Shown here one piece after another: positions 38,134 to 48,071 of a stretch of DNA of 64,000 bases. Origin of the DNA: an uncultured Lachnospiraceae bacterium (GTDB taxonomy: Bacteria > Bacillota > Clostridia > Christensenellales > Pumilibacteraceae); contig CAZEXL010000006.1 in assembly GCA_964516925.1 (NCBI GenBank), positions 1,854 through 65,853 on the forward strand. Reading direction: 5' to 3'. The position numbers and the translations under genes are program-made. Numbering within the stretch: the first letter of the stretch is position 1; every line of letters starts with the position of its first letter. The notes under the pieces are model-generated. The model was given only the letters and a program-made list of their open reading frames with translations. It was not told where the DNA came from and made no database searches.

Positions 38134-39075
38134 TTGTTTACATTGCGTATAAATACAAGTAATTTAATTGAAAACGTACAACAATTAACGAGCAAAACGA
38201 AAGCTGAATTCTGCGCGGTTGTTAAAGCTAATGCATACGGGCACGGATTGGAGATGGCGCGTTATTTAGATAAATATGTTTCCTGCTATGCCGTTGCTTG
38301 TGGTAACGAAGCTTTGATTTTGCGAGGCTACACCAAAAAGCCCATTTACGTGTTGTCTCCGTCGGAAGATATCGGTAAATCTGATATAATTTATTCCGTA
38401 ACGTGTCTAAAAGACTTGATTCATAAACGTGTTTGCGTTAAAATAAATACGGGCATGAATCGATTGGGAATTTTGCCGTCGCAATCTGAAGAATTTGTTA
38501 AATATTGTTTGAGATGTAAAATATCGATAGACAGCATTTATACGCATTTTTCCGATGTAAATTATGCTCCCGTTCAATTTGAACGATTTATGAGTGTAAA
38601 TGCCGATTTTAAACGTCACGCATGCGCAAGTAATTTTTTACAGTTAAGTGCGAATTATCATCTTGATATGGTAAGATGCGGATTGGCAATGTACGGTTAT
38701 TGTGGCATGAAACCTATTTTGTCTGCTTATGCTCAAGTTTATAACGTTGTTAAAGTAAAAAAAGGTGAAAAAATCGGTTATAAAAAAGAAGCTAAGCGAG
38801 ACATGACCGTTGCTATTGTCGGAGTCGGATATGCTGATGCATTAAAAAGGCAAGAGCAAGCCTTTTTTGTTGACGAAAAAGTTTGTTTTACCGTTGGCGA
38901 TATTTGTATGGATATGTGCTTAATCGACGTTAGCGGACTTGACGTTAAGCCCGGTGATACGATAGAATATTTAGGCGCACACATTTGTGCTGAGGACGTT
39001 GCTAAAAGAAACAACACAATCGTTTACGATATTCTTACTTCGTTTGGAAGTAGGTGTAGGAGAGTTTATGAATAA
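38134..39075 (+). CDS. alr: alanine racemase (short form, TTG start)
   Basis: PLP-Lys motif AVVKANAYGHG, VGYADA, and the C-terminal TIVYDILTSFGSRCRRVY. The SD ggaggg lies upstream of the TTG at 38134. Confidence 0.8.
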   Translation: MFTLRINTSNLIENVQQLTSKTKAEFCAVVKANAYGHGLEMARYLDKYVSCYAVACGNEALILRGYTKKPIYVLSPSEDIGKSDIIYSVTCLKDLIHKRVCVKINTGMNRLGILPSQSEEFVKYCLRCKISIDSIYTHFSDVNYAPVQFERFMSVNADFKRHACASNFLQLSANYHLDMVRCGLAMYGYCGMKPILSAYAQVYNVVKVKKGEKIGYKKEAKRDMTVAIVGVGYADALKRQEQAFFVDEKVCFTVGDICMDMCLIDVSGLDVKPGDTIEYLGAHICAEDVAKRNNTIVYDILTSFGSRCRRVYE

Positions 39076-39586
39076 AAAAGAACTGAGGAAAAAATTTTCA
39101 TTAATAAGAAAATCTATCGAAAATAAAAGCGAAAAAGATTTTCTTATATCGCAAAAGCTGCAAAATATAATCGATAATTACGAGACGTTTTTTACCTACG
39201 TTTCTTTCGGGAGCGAGGTTTGTACGCATGAAATTATCAAAAATAATATCGATAAGGTCTATATCCCGTATACTAACGGCGGAGAAATGAAATGCTTGAA
39301 ATATGTTGGTGGTGAGCTTAATGCGGACAAGCTTGGAAATCTTTCTACAAATTCGTACGGAAGCGAGGGGAGTCCGACTCTTACAATCGTGCCTATGTTA
39401 GCCTTCGATTCGGCTTGCTATCGATTGGGATATGGCGGAGGATACTACGACAGGTTTTTGTCGTCGGCGATTACCGTAAAAATCGGAATTGCATACGACG
39501 AACAATTTACCGATGAAACTTTTGCCGAGATATTTGATGTACCGCTTGACATGATTATTACGCCTACAAAACTATACAGGAAATAG
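39068..39586 (+). CDS. 5-formyltetrahydrofolate cyclo-ligase
   Basis: KELRKKF...RKS at the N-terminus, VPMLAFDSACYRLGYGGGYYDRFL, and a DVPLD motif. The start is set at ATG 39068. Confidence 0.85.
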   Translation: MNKKELRKKFSLIRKSIENKSEKDFLISQKLQNIIDNYETFFTYVSFGSEVCTHEIIKNNIDKVYIPYTNGGEMKCLKYVGGELNADKLGNLSTNSYGSEGSPTLTIVPMLAFDSACYRLGYGGGYYDRFLSSAITVKIGIAYDEQFTDETFAEIFDVPLDMIITPTKLYRK

Positions 39587-39589
39587 CAT

Positions 39590-40141
39590 ATGAGAGTTAT
39601 TTCAGGGGAATTTAAAGGCAAGAAACTGTTTGCGCCGGATGGTAATGGCGTGCGACCGACTACCGATAGAATAAAAGAGACTGTTTTTAATATCTTAACT
39701 TCCAAGTCGGATTTTAACGATGCAAAAGTGTTGGATTTGTTTTCCGGCAGTGGCGCCTTGGGAATCGAGGCGTTAAGCCGTGGAGCACGTTCGGTTGTGT
39801 TCGTTGATAAAAGCAAAGATAGCATAGAACTAACCAAAAAAAATCTTGCTCACGTCGGAGTAAGTGCCGAGATATACAATACCGATTTCAGAATTGCGTT
39901 AAAAAAGCTTGGTGGTAGGGCGTTTGATTTTATTTTTCTGGATCCGCCATATTTCGGTGACAACGAACAAGAAATTTTTGAATTAATTCAAAAATACGAT
40001 TTATTGACAGAAAGCGGCATAATTTTTTTAGAACATTCTTCCAAAATCGACTTGCCGAATATCGGAGAAAAATATATAATAGATACCAGAAGTTGCGGCA
40101 GTACTTCGATCACTTTTTTACAAAGGAGAGAAAGCATATGA
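39590..40141 (+). CDS. rsmD: 16S rRNA (guanine966-N2)-methyltransferase RsmD
   Basis: RVISGEFKGKKL, RPTTDRIKETVFNIL, LDLFSGSGALGIEALSRGA, DPPY. Confidence 0.9.
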   Translation: MRVISGEFKGKKLFAPDGNGVRPTTDRIKETVFNILTSKSDFNDAKVLDLFSGSGALGIEALSRGARSVVFVDKSKDSIELTKKNLAHVGVSAEIYNTDFRIALKKLGGRAFDFIFLDPPYFGDNEQEIFELIQKYDLLTESGIIFLEHSSKIDLPNIGEKYIIDTRSCGSTSITFLQRRESI

Positions 40142-40617
40142 GAACTGCGGTTTTTGCAGGATCGTTTGACCCGTTTACTCTTGGACATAAAGACATAGTT
40201 TTACGAGCTGCTAAGCTTTTTGATCGCATAATAGTTGCGGTTGCCGAAGATACGGGGAAAAAGACGCGTTCACTATCGGACAGAAAACGAATTATCACTT
40301 TATCTCTAGACGGAGTGGAAAACGTTGAGATCGTCACGTTTAGTGGTTTGTTGACTGATTTTATGAAAGAAAGCGGGCATACGATTTTGATCAGGGGTGT
40401 TCGCAACGCTATGGATTTTGATTATGAATCTTCATTGATGAGTGTATATCGTTCGCTTTACAAAGAGATTGAATTTATTTTATTGCCGTCTAAAAGTGAA
40501 CTTTCACACGTTAGCAGCACGGTGGTCAGAGAGCTTTTAAAAATCGGAGCCGATACGAAAGATTATTTAGATACCAAAGCAGAAAAATTTACGAGAAGTT
40601 TGTATTTGGAGAAATAA
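40138..40617 (+). CDS. coaD: phosphopantetheine adenylyltransferase
   Basis: AVFAGSFDPFTLGHKDIV (HxGH-type motif) and ISSTVVRE-like VSSTVVRE. It overlaps rsmD by ATGA. Confidence 0.95.
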   Translation: MRTAVFAGSFDPFTLGHKDIVLRAAKLFDRIIVAVAEDTGKKTRSLSDRKRIITLSLDGVENVEIVTFSGLLTDFMKESGHTILIRGVRNAMDFDYESSLMSVYRSLYKEIEFILLPSKSELSHVSSTVVRELLKIGADTKDYLDTKAEKFTRSLYLEK

Positions 40618-41060
40618 TGAATTCGGTAACGCTTTTGGGGCTTTTGGAAGACGAGTTTTTTGATCAAAAAGGATATCTTCGAAGAAAAGTGGATTTAAAT
40701 CGTTGTGTTGCGTTGTTGCAAGAGCTAAGGAGCGTATTGTCAGAAGACGTTTTTAAGGCTCAAGAAATTATTGCGAAGAAAGAAAATATTCTTAAAAACG
40801 CCGATGCTGTTGCAAAAAATATGATTCTCGATGCGGAGAAAAAAGCAAAAAAAATGGCAGAACATAACGAGGTTTTTCAAATCGCAAATGCCGAAGCTCA
40901 AAAGCTTATGAATAAAGCAAAAATACAACGCGACGTTTTAATAGATAAAACTAAGATTCATTTAGAGTCGATATTTGATCAGGCGGAACAGATTTTAGTT
41001 AGCTTAATAAACGTCATTCGTAAAAATAGGCAAGAATTAAAATCGATCAATTTTAATTAG
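40617..41060 (+). CDS. hypothetical coiled-coil protein (Lys/Glu/Ala-rich, ATPase-subunit-like repeats)
   Basis: 147 aa. It overlaps the coaD stop by 1 nt. I recognise no enzymatic motif. Confidence 0.5.
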   Translation: MNSVTLLGLLEDEFFDQKGYLRRKVDLNRCVALLQELRSVLSEDVFKAQEIIAKKENILKNADAVAKNMILDAEKKAKKMAEHNEVFQIANAEAQKLMNKAKIQRDVLIDKTKIHLESIFDQAEQILVSLINVIRKNRQELKSINFN

Positions 41061-41081
41061 TCTCGCTAAGGGGAGAACTTT

Positions 41082-42071
41082 ATGTACGAAAGAATAAAAA
41101 AAATACCTACGGCAGAAGAGGTTAAAAATAGGTATCGTATTACAAACTGCCAATGTAAAAATGAATTCGACTATAAACTTAAAGAAGTTTTTACGTGTGG
41201 GAGTAAACTTTTACTTATCGTCGGGCCGTGTTCTGCTGATGATTATTCTGCAGTTTTAAAATATTGCGAAAAGCTAAAACGCATAGCTGAAAAAGTAGAA
41301 GATAAAATATTTATCGTGCCCAGGATTTATACGACTAAACCTCGGTCGGAGGCCGGTGCGTATAAAGGGATTTTGCATTCTCCCGACGGAGTTACTGCGA
41401 ATTTTTGTGAGGGAATTTTTTCGGCAAGAAAGCTTATGGTTGACGTTGCGGAGAAGTTTAATTTTTTTGCCGCCGATGAAATGTTGTATCCCGAGTTTTA
41501 TCAGTATTTTGATGATCTGGTCTCGTACATTACGATTGGTGCGCGTTCGTCGGAAGATCAATTACATCGGCTTATGGCGAGTTGTATGGACGTGCCTGTA
41601 GGGATAAAAAATCCGACTAACGGAAATCTTAAAAGTTTGGCGCAAGCAATTAAAATTGTTAATTCAAAAAATGATTTTGGTATTAACGGCTATGAAGTTG
41701 TTTCGAGTGGCAATAAATTTGCACATGCGATTTTGCGAGGCTTTATTGACCAAAACGGTAAGATGAATGCGAACTATTCGGATTTTTTCATAGAGCAATA
41801 CATAAATTATTGCAATGAATTGAAAGTCGATTCAAATATAATTATAGATTGCAATCATTGTAATAGCGGAAAGGATTATAATTTGGAATCTCAAATCGCT
41901 ATAGAAATGTTGACAAAAAATCCCCGAAAAATAAGGGGGCTTATGATAGAGAGTTATTTACTGGACGGAAAACAAGGATGTAAAAAAGAGGTCGGTAAGT
42001 CTCTTACCGACGGTTGTTTGGGAATAGAAAAGACCGAAAGATTAATTTATGAAATTGCCGAAAAGGTATGA
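41082..42071 (+). CDS. 3-deoxy-7-phosphoheptulonate (DAHP) synthase, class I
   Basis: LLLIVGPCSADD and RIYTTKPRSEAGAYKGILHSPDG parallel E. coli AroG (VIGPCSIHD, RVYFEKPRTTVGWKG). Confidence 0.8.
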   Translation: MYERIKKIPTAEEVKNRYRITNCQCKNEFDYKLKEVFTCGSKLLLIVGPCSADDYSAVLKYCEKLKRIAEKVEDKIFIVPRIYTTKPRSEAGAYKGILHSPDGVTANFCEGIFSARKLMVDVAEKFNFFAADEMLYPEFYQYFDDLVSYITIGARSSEDQLHRLMASCMDVPVGIKNPTNGNLKSLAQAIKIVNSKNDFGINGYEVVSSGNKFAHAILRGFIDQNGKMNANYSDFFIEQYINYCNELKVDSNIIIDCNHCNSGKDYNLESQIAIEMLTKNPRKIRGLMIESYLLDGKQGCKKEVGKSLTDGCLGIEKTERLIYEIAEKV

Positions 42072-43226
42072 TTAGACAATAATCATACCTTTTTTATAGT
42101 ATTGGTTTGCGTTTTCATGTGAAATAAGAGAATATAAATCGTCGGCAAAAGCATCTATCATAACACTGTTATTGTTTGTATAATCACGGACAGCGTCGGA
42201 ATTTCGAGTTATGATGTGGCCGTTAAAATTATTTAAATGAGGTTTAAACTCGTTTTTGATGCCTAAAACCCTAGTTCTTATGTTGGTTATGTCTGACATA
42301 ACTTGTTTTGTGATTCCGAGTGCGGCATATAAAAAGATTCGTTTTAATCTTGCATAAGTGTATCGTTTTGTTTTTAGTTTTTCTAACGCTTCGTATGCGG
42401 ACGGGAGTTCTGAAGCTTTTTTTATTGCAAATTCTAAACCTTGTTCTACGTCGGGGATGTTCTGCAAATCTTGTAAAGATAGTTTTCTTAATGCATACAA
42501 CACGATATAGTCAAAAAGAGTCCTGTCTAAAATTTGTTTTTTGCAATTTTCGAGCATGAGCTTTGGTAGGTATTTTTCTACGTCTTTATCAAAACCTGTG
42601 TTTATGCGATTTCTGATTGCGCTTGCCGATGCAAAGTCGCCGTTTAAGTTGTTATTGTTATAACCGTTGTCGCAACGCTTAAACGGCATAGGTTTTATCT
42701 TAGTTCCCTTTAATGCAGAAATATATTCAACGGCCAAGATGTTATTCGGACGTGAAAGAATTTCTCTGTACGTCTGAGCATCTTTTGATAGTTTGGCAAT
42801 TGCATTTACTATTGCGTTTGGATAGGAAATTCCCGTTGAAAGTTCTTCCTTAATAACGGTATTAAATTCAGTATTGTTTTTTAATTCTGCAATTTTATAT
42901 AATGCATCGGTGTTGTCCGTTTCTACGCCGAAAGCGAGGGAAGTAACTCCGTTAATGTTTTTTAAAATCCGAACGCCGCCTTTTGCAAAGTTCTCGGCGG
43001 ATAAAGTCGAAAATATCGTGGGTAATTGCACAACGGCATCGGCGCCGTTTTGAAGCGCGACGAGTGTTCGAATAAATTTATTAACGCAGGCAGGTTCTGC
43101 GCGCTGAACAAACGGTCCGCTCATAATGCAAATTATCGGCTCGTCTGTAATTTTGCGTATTTGTTCGAGAATATATTTATGTCCGTTATGAAAAGGATTA
43201 AATTCGCATATTAAACCTACGCTCAT
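42072..43226 (-). CDS. tmcAL: tRNA(Met) cytidine acetate ligase TmcAL (YlbM family nucleotidyltransferase)
   Basis: GLICEFNPFHNGHKYILEQ and IMSGPFVQRAEPA match the B. subtilis YlbM N-terminus. Confidence 0.8.
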   Translation of the reverse strand: MSVGLICEFNPFHNGHKYILEQIRKITDEPIICIMSGPFVQRAEPACVNKFIRTLVALQNGADAVVQLPTIFSTLSAENFAKGGVRILKNINGVTSLAFGVETDNTDALYKIAELKNNTEFNTVIKEELSTGISYPNAIVNAIAKLSKDAQTYREILSRPNNILAVEYISALKGTKIKPMPFKRCDNGYNNNNLNGDFASASAIRNRINTGFDKDVEKYLPKLMLENCKKQILDRTLFDYIVLYALRKLSLQDLQNIPDVEQGLEFAIKKASELPSAYEALEKLKTKRYTYARLKRIFLYAALGITKQVMSDITNIRTRVLGIKNEFKPHLNNFNGHIITRNSDAVRDYTNNNSVMIDAFADDLYSLISHENANQYYKKGMIIV

Positions 43227-43270
43227 TTATAAATTTCTCCTTAAAAATCTCTCAATCAACCCTTAAATAA

Positions 43271-43299
43271 TTTACAACTAAAAAAGATTGTGGTATAAT
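43271..43299 (+). promoter_or_regulatory. sigma-A type promoter (extended -10) for pta-ackA
   Basis: TTTACA (43271-43276), 17-nt spacer ending in TGg, TATAAT (43294-43299). Confidence 0.6.
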
Positions 43300-43355
43300 T
43301 ATAACACAAAGGTTTTGAAATTACAAACTCAAATACCGTAATCAAGGAGATTATT

Positions 43356-44342
43356 ATGGAATTATTGCAATCATTTCGTCAAAAAGCTAAACAGTTAAAC
43401 AAGACGATAGTCCTTCCCGAGGGTGAAGAAGAGCGTAATATTCGTGCCGCTGAAATCATCGCTAAAGAAGGATTGGCGAAGGTTATTCTTATCGGCAACG
43501 AAGAAAAGATTAAGTCCGTTGTTCCGGGCGTTTGCCTTAACGGAATCAAAGTTTTCGATCCGGCAAAAGAAGACCTTTCAAAGTATGTTACCGCTTTGTA
43601 TGAAGCTCGCAAGAACAAGGGTATGACTATGGAAGCCGCAGCTCAGCAAGTAAAAGATTGCTTGTATCTTGGCGTTTTGATGGTTAAATGTCACGATGCG
43701 GACGGTATGGTATCCGGAGCAATTCATTCTACTGGCGATACGCTTCGTCCCGCTTTGCAGATTATAAAGACCGCTCCCGGAATTAACACGGTAAGCAGTT
43801 GCTTCATAATGGTTATGCCGGAAGGTTGTAAGTATGGCGAAAACGGAATTTTAGTATTCGGCGATTGCGCCGTTAATCCATGTCCGACGGCAGAACAGCT
43901 TGCTGATATTGCTATTTCTAGCGCTAAAACCGCAAAAAGCGTTACGGGAATCGATCCGAAAGTTGCAATGCTTTCGTTCTCTACTAAGGGCTCGGCAAAA
44001 CACGAATTGGTTGACAAAGTCGTTGCGGCAACTGCGCTTGTTAAACAAAACGCTCCTGAACTTTGCGTAGACGGCGAATTGCAGCTTGATGCGGCTTTGG
44101 TTGAAAAAGTTGCTACTTTAAAAGCTCCCGGAAGCAATGTGGCAGGCAAGGCAAACGTTTTGATTTTCCCCGATCTTCAAGCAGGAAACATCGGCTATAA
44201 GCTTGTTCAAAGACTTGCAGGAGCAGAAGCCGTGGGCCCGATTTGCCAAGGGTTTAATATGCCTGTAAACGATCTTAGCCGCGGTTGCTCGGTAGAAGAT
44301 ATCGTAAACGTTGTTGCTATCACTGCTCTTCAAGGCGCGTAA
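43356..44342 (+). CDS. pta: phosphate acetyltransferase
   Basis: 328 aa with [34 protein letters not shown], and [11 protein letters not shown]. Confidence 0.95.
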   Translation: MELLQSFRQKAKQLNKTIVLPEGEEERNIRAAEIIAKEGLAKVILIGNEEKIKSVVPGVCLNGIKVFDPAKEDLSKYVTALYEARKNKGMTMEAAAQQVKDCLYLGVLMVKCHDADGMVSGAIHSTGDTLRPALQIIKTAPGINTVSSCFIMVMPEGCKYGENGILVFGDCAVNPCPTAEQLADIAISSAKTAKSVTGIDPKVAMLSFSTKGSAKHELVDKVVAATALVKQNAPELCVDGELQLDAALVEKVATLKAPGSNVAGKANVLIFPDLQAGNIGYKLVQRLAGAEAVGPICQGFNMPVNDLSRGCSVEDIVNVVAITALQGA

Positions 44343-44369
44343 AGTAAAATATAATTAGGAGATTTTAAA

Positions 44370-45557
44370 ATGAAAATTTTAGTTATAAATGCGGGTAGTT
44401 CATCGCTTAAATACCAGCTTATTAATATGGAAGACGAAAGCGTTATCGCAAAAGGTCTTTGCGAACGTATCGGTATTGACGGTTCCGTTCTTACACACAA
44501 GACGGCAAAAGGCGAAGTCGTAATCAACGAACCCATGCCGTCGCACGTTGAGGCTATCAGCCTTGTGCTTAATGCGCTTGTCGACAAAAATCACGGCGTT
44601 ATTAAGTCAATGGATGAAATTTCAGCAGTTGGTCATCGCGTGGTTCACGCAGCAGAAGATTTCAAAGAAAGTCAACTCATAACCGAAGACGTTATGAAAA
44701 TTATTGAAAACAATATTGACCTTGCGCCGCTTCATCAGCCCGCAAATATTATGGGAATCAGAGCTTGCCAAAAAGTTATGCCCAAAGCTCCGATGGTAGC
44801 CGTGTTTGACAATACGTTTCATTCAACGATGCCTGACTATGCTTATATGTATGGTATTCCGTACGAAGATTACAAAAATTATAGGGTTCGTAAGTACGGC
44901 TTCCACGGCACAAGCCATTTGTTTGTAAGCGGCGAAGCTGAAAAAATCCTTGGCAGAAAGGGTAAAATTGTTGTTTGCCACCTTGGTAACGGCGCAAGCA
45001 TAAGCGCAGTTAAGGACGGCAAATGTATCGATACTTCCATGGGACTTACTCCGCTTGAAGGTTTGATTATGGGTACTCGTTCGGGTGATCTTGATCCTGC
45101 GGTACTTGAATATCTTGCATCTAAGAAGAGTATGTCGATAAGCGAAATAACTACTTATCTTAATAAGAAGAGCGGTGTATTGGGAATCAGCGGCGTAAGT
45201 AGCGACTTCCGTGATCTTCTTGCGGGAATTAAGGAAGGCAATGATCGTTGCCGTCTTGCTCTTGATATGTTCTCGTACAGAGTTCTTAAGTATGTAGGTT
45301 CGTACGTTGCGGCATTGGGCGGACTTGATCTTATAGCGTTTACCGGCGGTATAGGTGAACATACTCCCGAAGTTAGAGCCGCAGTACTTGATTCGCTTGC
45401 ATTTATGGGTATGAAGTACGACAAGGAAAAGAATCTTAATCCCGGCAGAGGTAACAGCGTAAAGATTTCTGCAGAAGGAAGTAGTGCTCTTGCGTATATT
45501 ATTCCTACTAACGAAGAACTCGTAATTGCTCGTCAGACTCTTGCGTTAGTTAAATAA
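44370..45557 (+). CDS. ackA: acetate kinase
   Basis: MKILVINAGSSSLKYQL, GHRVVH, YGFHGTSH, GGIGE. Confidence 0.95.
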   Translation: MKILVINAGSSSLKYQLINMEDESVIAKGLCERIGIDGSVLTHKTAKGEVVINEPMPSHVEAISLVLNALVDKNHGVIKSMDEISAVGHRVVHAAEDFKESQLITEDVMKIIENNIDLAPLHQPANIMGIRACQKVMPKAPMVAVFDNTFHSTMPDYAYMYGIPYEDYKNYRVRKYGFHGTSHLFVSGEAEKILGRKGKIVVCHLGNGASISAVKDGKCIDTSMGLTPLEGLIMGTRSGDLDPAVLEYLASKKSMSISEITTYLNKKSGVLGISGVSSDFRDLLAGIKEGNDRCRLALDMFSYRVLKYVGSYVAALGGLDLIAFTGGIGEHTPEVRAAVLDSLAFMGMKYDKEKNLNPGRGNSVKISAEGSSALAYIIPTNEELVIARQTLALVK

Positions 45558-45559
45558 CT

Positions 45560-46270
45560 GTGAGTATTAAAACAGTTTTCATAAAAATGTTGTATCCGCA
45601 AGGCATTAAGTGCGTAGTTTGCGGAAAAGAATTATTTGAAGAAAACCGATACGGCATTTGTAGCGGATGTTTGCTTAAGGCGAACGTCCGCTTTTGCCCA
45701 AAATGCGGCAGATCAGTAGGCGAAACGACGGTATATTGCGAAGATTGCACGAAAACAAAACGCGAATTCAACGAAGCCAGAGCACCGTTTATTTTCGAAG
45801 GAAAGGCAAAAGCTCTCGTTCATGGATTAAAATACGGAGGCAAAAAATATTTAGCAAAAACTATTGCGCAATATCTTGCCGATGAGTACTACAAAAACGA
45901 TTGGTACGTTGATTTTATAACATTTGTACCCATGCACCCTAAAAAGCAAAAATTACGAGGATATAATCAAGCAGAACTTATTGCAAACGAAGTAGCAAAA
46001 ATAATAAATAAACCGTTAATTAATAGTTTGGAACGAGTGAAATACTCTCAAAATTTTGCAAGACTTTCACGAAAAGAAAGAATGAAAGAAGCAGAAGAAA
46101 GCGTTATTGCAAAAGATAAATATAAAAAGAAAAGCATTTTACTTATCGACGACGTTTTTACTACGGGAGCAACGAGTGAAGCGTGTGCAAAGGCGCTTAA
46201 TAAAAGCGGGGCAAGCGACGTATATGTTTTGACATTTTGTACAAGCGTTTGCAAACCGGAATTGTATTAG
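45560..46270 (+). CDS. comFC: ComF family protein (ComFC, phosphoribosyltransferase-like with N-terminal double zinc ribbon)
   Basis: CVVCGKEL..CSGC..CPKCG..CEDC, then the PRTase loop LLIDDVFTTGAT. The start codon is uncertain (GTG 45560 or ATG 45587). Confidence 0.8.
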   Translation: MSIKTVFIKMLYPQGIKCVVCGKELFEENRYGICSGCLLKANVRFCPKCGRSVGETTVYCEDCTKTKREFNEARAPFIFEGKAKALVHGLKYGGKKYLAKTIAQYLADEYYKNDWYVDFITFVPMHPKKQKLRGYNQAELIANEVAKIINKPLINSLERVKYSQNFARLSRKERMKEAEESVIAKDKYKKKSILLIDDVFTTGATSEACAKALNKSGASDVYVLTFCTSVCKPELY

Positions 46271-46445
46271 ATTTGCAATAACGTACCGTATAGGAATTTT
46301 TGTTACCATTTTTCTAAACATTGTAACACAATATTATTTATAAAGACGGTTGAACAGCCGTTAAAACTGACGTGCGCCGAGTGCATTGTTGCAGATTGTC
46401 TTTATTTTTTTTGTTTCTTTTATAAATATATTTACGTTTATTTAG

Positions 46446-46474
46446 TTGACAAAGATTATTTATAAGATTATACT
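46446..46474 (+). promoter_or_regulatory. sigma-A type promoter of the TetR-headed operon
   Basis: TTGACA (46446-46451), 17-nt spacer, TATACT (46469-46474). Confidence 0.6.
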
Positions 46475-46475
46475 T

Positions 46476-46503
46476 AAAACACTTGTTGCAAAACAAGTGT
46501 TTT
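46476..46503 (+). promoter_or_regulatory. perfect palindrome, candidate TetR operator overlapping the transcription start
   Basis: AAAACACTTGTT-GCAA-AACAAGTGTTTT has 12-nt arms. It lies immediately after the -10 and 25 nt before the TetR start codon. Confidence 0.55.
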
Positions 46504-46528
46504 ATTTTAAAAGACGTAGGGAGAAAAA

Positions 46529-47107
46529 ATGCCACCAAAACCTAAATTTACAAAAGAAGAAATTCTTTCAGTTGCATTGAAAATTGTTTCTGAATGCGGA
46601 ATTAGTTCGTTAACGGCAAGAGAACTTGGCGTTAGGCTCGGTGCTTCGGCTCGTCCGATTTTTACTGTATTTAGCAGTATGGAGCAATTACAAAACGAGG
46701 TTCGCTTATCGGCAATGACATATTTTGAAAATATGCATTTAGATAACGTCGAAGATATGCCGATATTTAAACAAATCGGCATGAAAATGGTATTGTTTGG
46801 TGTAAAGGAACCTAAATTGTATCAATTGCTTTTTATGCAAGAAAACAAAAATGCAATGTCTTTTGACGATATTTTTAGTAAATTAGGTTCAACAGCAACT
46901 AAATGCTTAAAAACGATTGAAGATGATTATGGGTTAAATACCGAGCAGGCAAAAACTCTGTTTGAACATATTTGGATTCATACTTTTGGAATAGGAACTC
47001 TGTGCGCAACAAGGACTTGCGATTTTTCACAAGAGCAAATATCAAAAATGTTAACGGAAGATTTTACGGCAATGATGACGTTGCTCAAAGGGGGAAATAA
47101 TGACTAA
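46529..47107 (+). CDS. TetR/AcrR family transcriptional regulator
   Basis: The N-terminal HTH region KEEILSVALKIVSECGISSLTARELGVRLGASARPIF is typical of TetR_N. Confidence 0.85.
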   Translation: MPPKPKFTKEEILSVALKIVSECGISSLTARELGVRLGASARPIFTVFSSMEQLQNEVRLSAMTYFENMHLDNVEDMPIFKQIGMKMVLFGVKEPKLYQLLFMQENKNAMSFDDIFSKLGSTATKCLKTIEDDYGLNTEQAKTLFEHIWIHTFGIGTLCATRTCDFSQEQISKMLTEDFTAMMTLLKGGNND

Positions 47108-47594
47108 GAATAAAGCTTTAGTCGTAATTGACTTACAAAACGATATTACAAAGAATTATAAAGGAATAATCGAAAGAGTGAATGAAGCGATCGATAAGGC
47201 GGTTTTAGACGGAGTATATGTCATTTACGTTCGACATAATAATTTATCGGATACGACAAGGACGTTTAAAGTCGGGACTCGTGGTGCCGAGTTTGTTTCG
47301 GAACTAAAAATAGTGTCCGATAACGTTTTTACAAAGACTAAAAGCAGCGCTTTGTCCAGCGAAGAATTTGTTTCGTATATTCACGAAAAAAACATTTCAA
47401 AATTTTTTATTGCGGGGGCAGACGCTACCGCATGTATTAAATCGACTTGTTTAAATTTAAAGAAAGCAAATTATGATGTTCACGTTTTGTCTGATTGTAT
47501 TACAAGTTATGACAAAAACAAGTTGCCGGAGATGATAGATTATTATAAACAAAAAGGTTGCGTTGTAGAAAATCTTGCCGATATAAAACTATAA
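47100..47594 (+). CDS. isochorismatase-family cysteine hydrolase
   Basis: ALVVIDLQND, and the nucleophile region IAGADATACIKST. Confidence 0.8.
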   Translation: MTKNKALVVIDLQNDITKNYKGIIERVNEAIDKAVLDGVYVIYVRHNNLSDTTRTFKVGTRGAEFVSELKIVSDNVFTKTKSSALSSEEFVSYIHEKNISKFFIAGADATACIKSTCLNLKKANYDVHVLSDCITSYDKNKLPEMIDYYKQKGCVVENLADIKL

Positions 47595-47617
47595 AAACAA
47601 TAAAAACGGAGGAATAA

Positions 47618-48064
47618 ATGAAAGAATCTATTTGTGGTGCTAATTGTACAGAATGCCCCTCGACCGAAAGTTGCAAAGGTTGCATAGAAACTAAGGGATG
47701 CCCTTATGGAAAACAATGTTATATTGCAAAGTATATTCTTGTGGGCGGCAAAGAAAATTATAGTGCATTTAAAAAAAGGTTAATAGAGAAAATTAACGCT
47801 ATAAATATCGAAGGAATGGAAAAAGTAACGGAGCTTTATCCGCTTGTAGGGAGTTTTGTCAACCTTAAATATCCTTTGCCAAACGAGAATAAGGTTTCAT
47901 TTTTGAAGAATGACGAGGTGTATCTTGGAGCGCAAGTGAAAAATTTATTTGATGACAGCGGCAAAACGTGTTATGGAGTAATAGCAAGGGAAGATTTTAT
48001 TCTTATATGCGAATACGGCGAAAATGCAACCAATTCGGAACTCATCGTTTACAAAAGGATATAA
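47618..48064 (+). CDS. hypothetical protein with Cys-rich N-terminus (7 Cys in the first 34 aa)
   Basis: CGANCTECPSTESCKGCIETKGCPYGKQC suggests a metal/FeS-binding knuckle (DUF3795-like from memory, unverified). Confidence 0.5.
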   Translation: MKESICGANCTECPSTESCKGCIETKGCPYGKQCYIAKYILVGGKENYSAFKKRLIEKINAINIEGMEKVTELYPLVGSFVNLKYPLPNENKVSFLKNDEVYLGAQVKNLFDDSGKTCYGVIAREDFILICEYGENATNSELIVYKRI

Positions 48065-48071
48065 TTTTTCT

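Noticed and set aside
44823-45362. 179-aa minus-strand ORF, together with several other 60-140-aa ORFs on either strand inside pta/ackA
   Set aside because: They lie inside, mostly antisense to, the strongly supported pta and ackA genes. I recognise no motifs in them.
46338-46538. 66-aa minus-strand ORF in the comFC-TetR intergenic region
   Set aside because: It spans the comFC terminator-like region and the TetR promoter/operator, and it has no SD.
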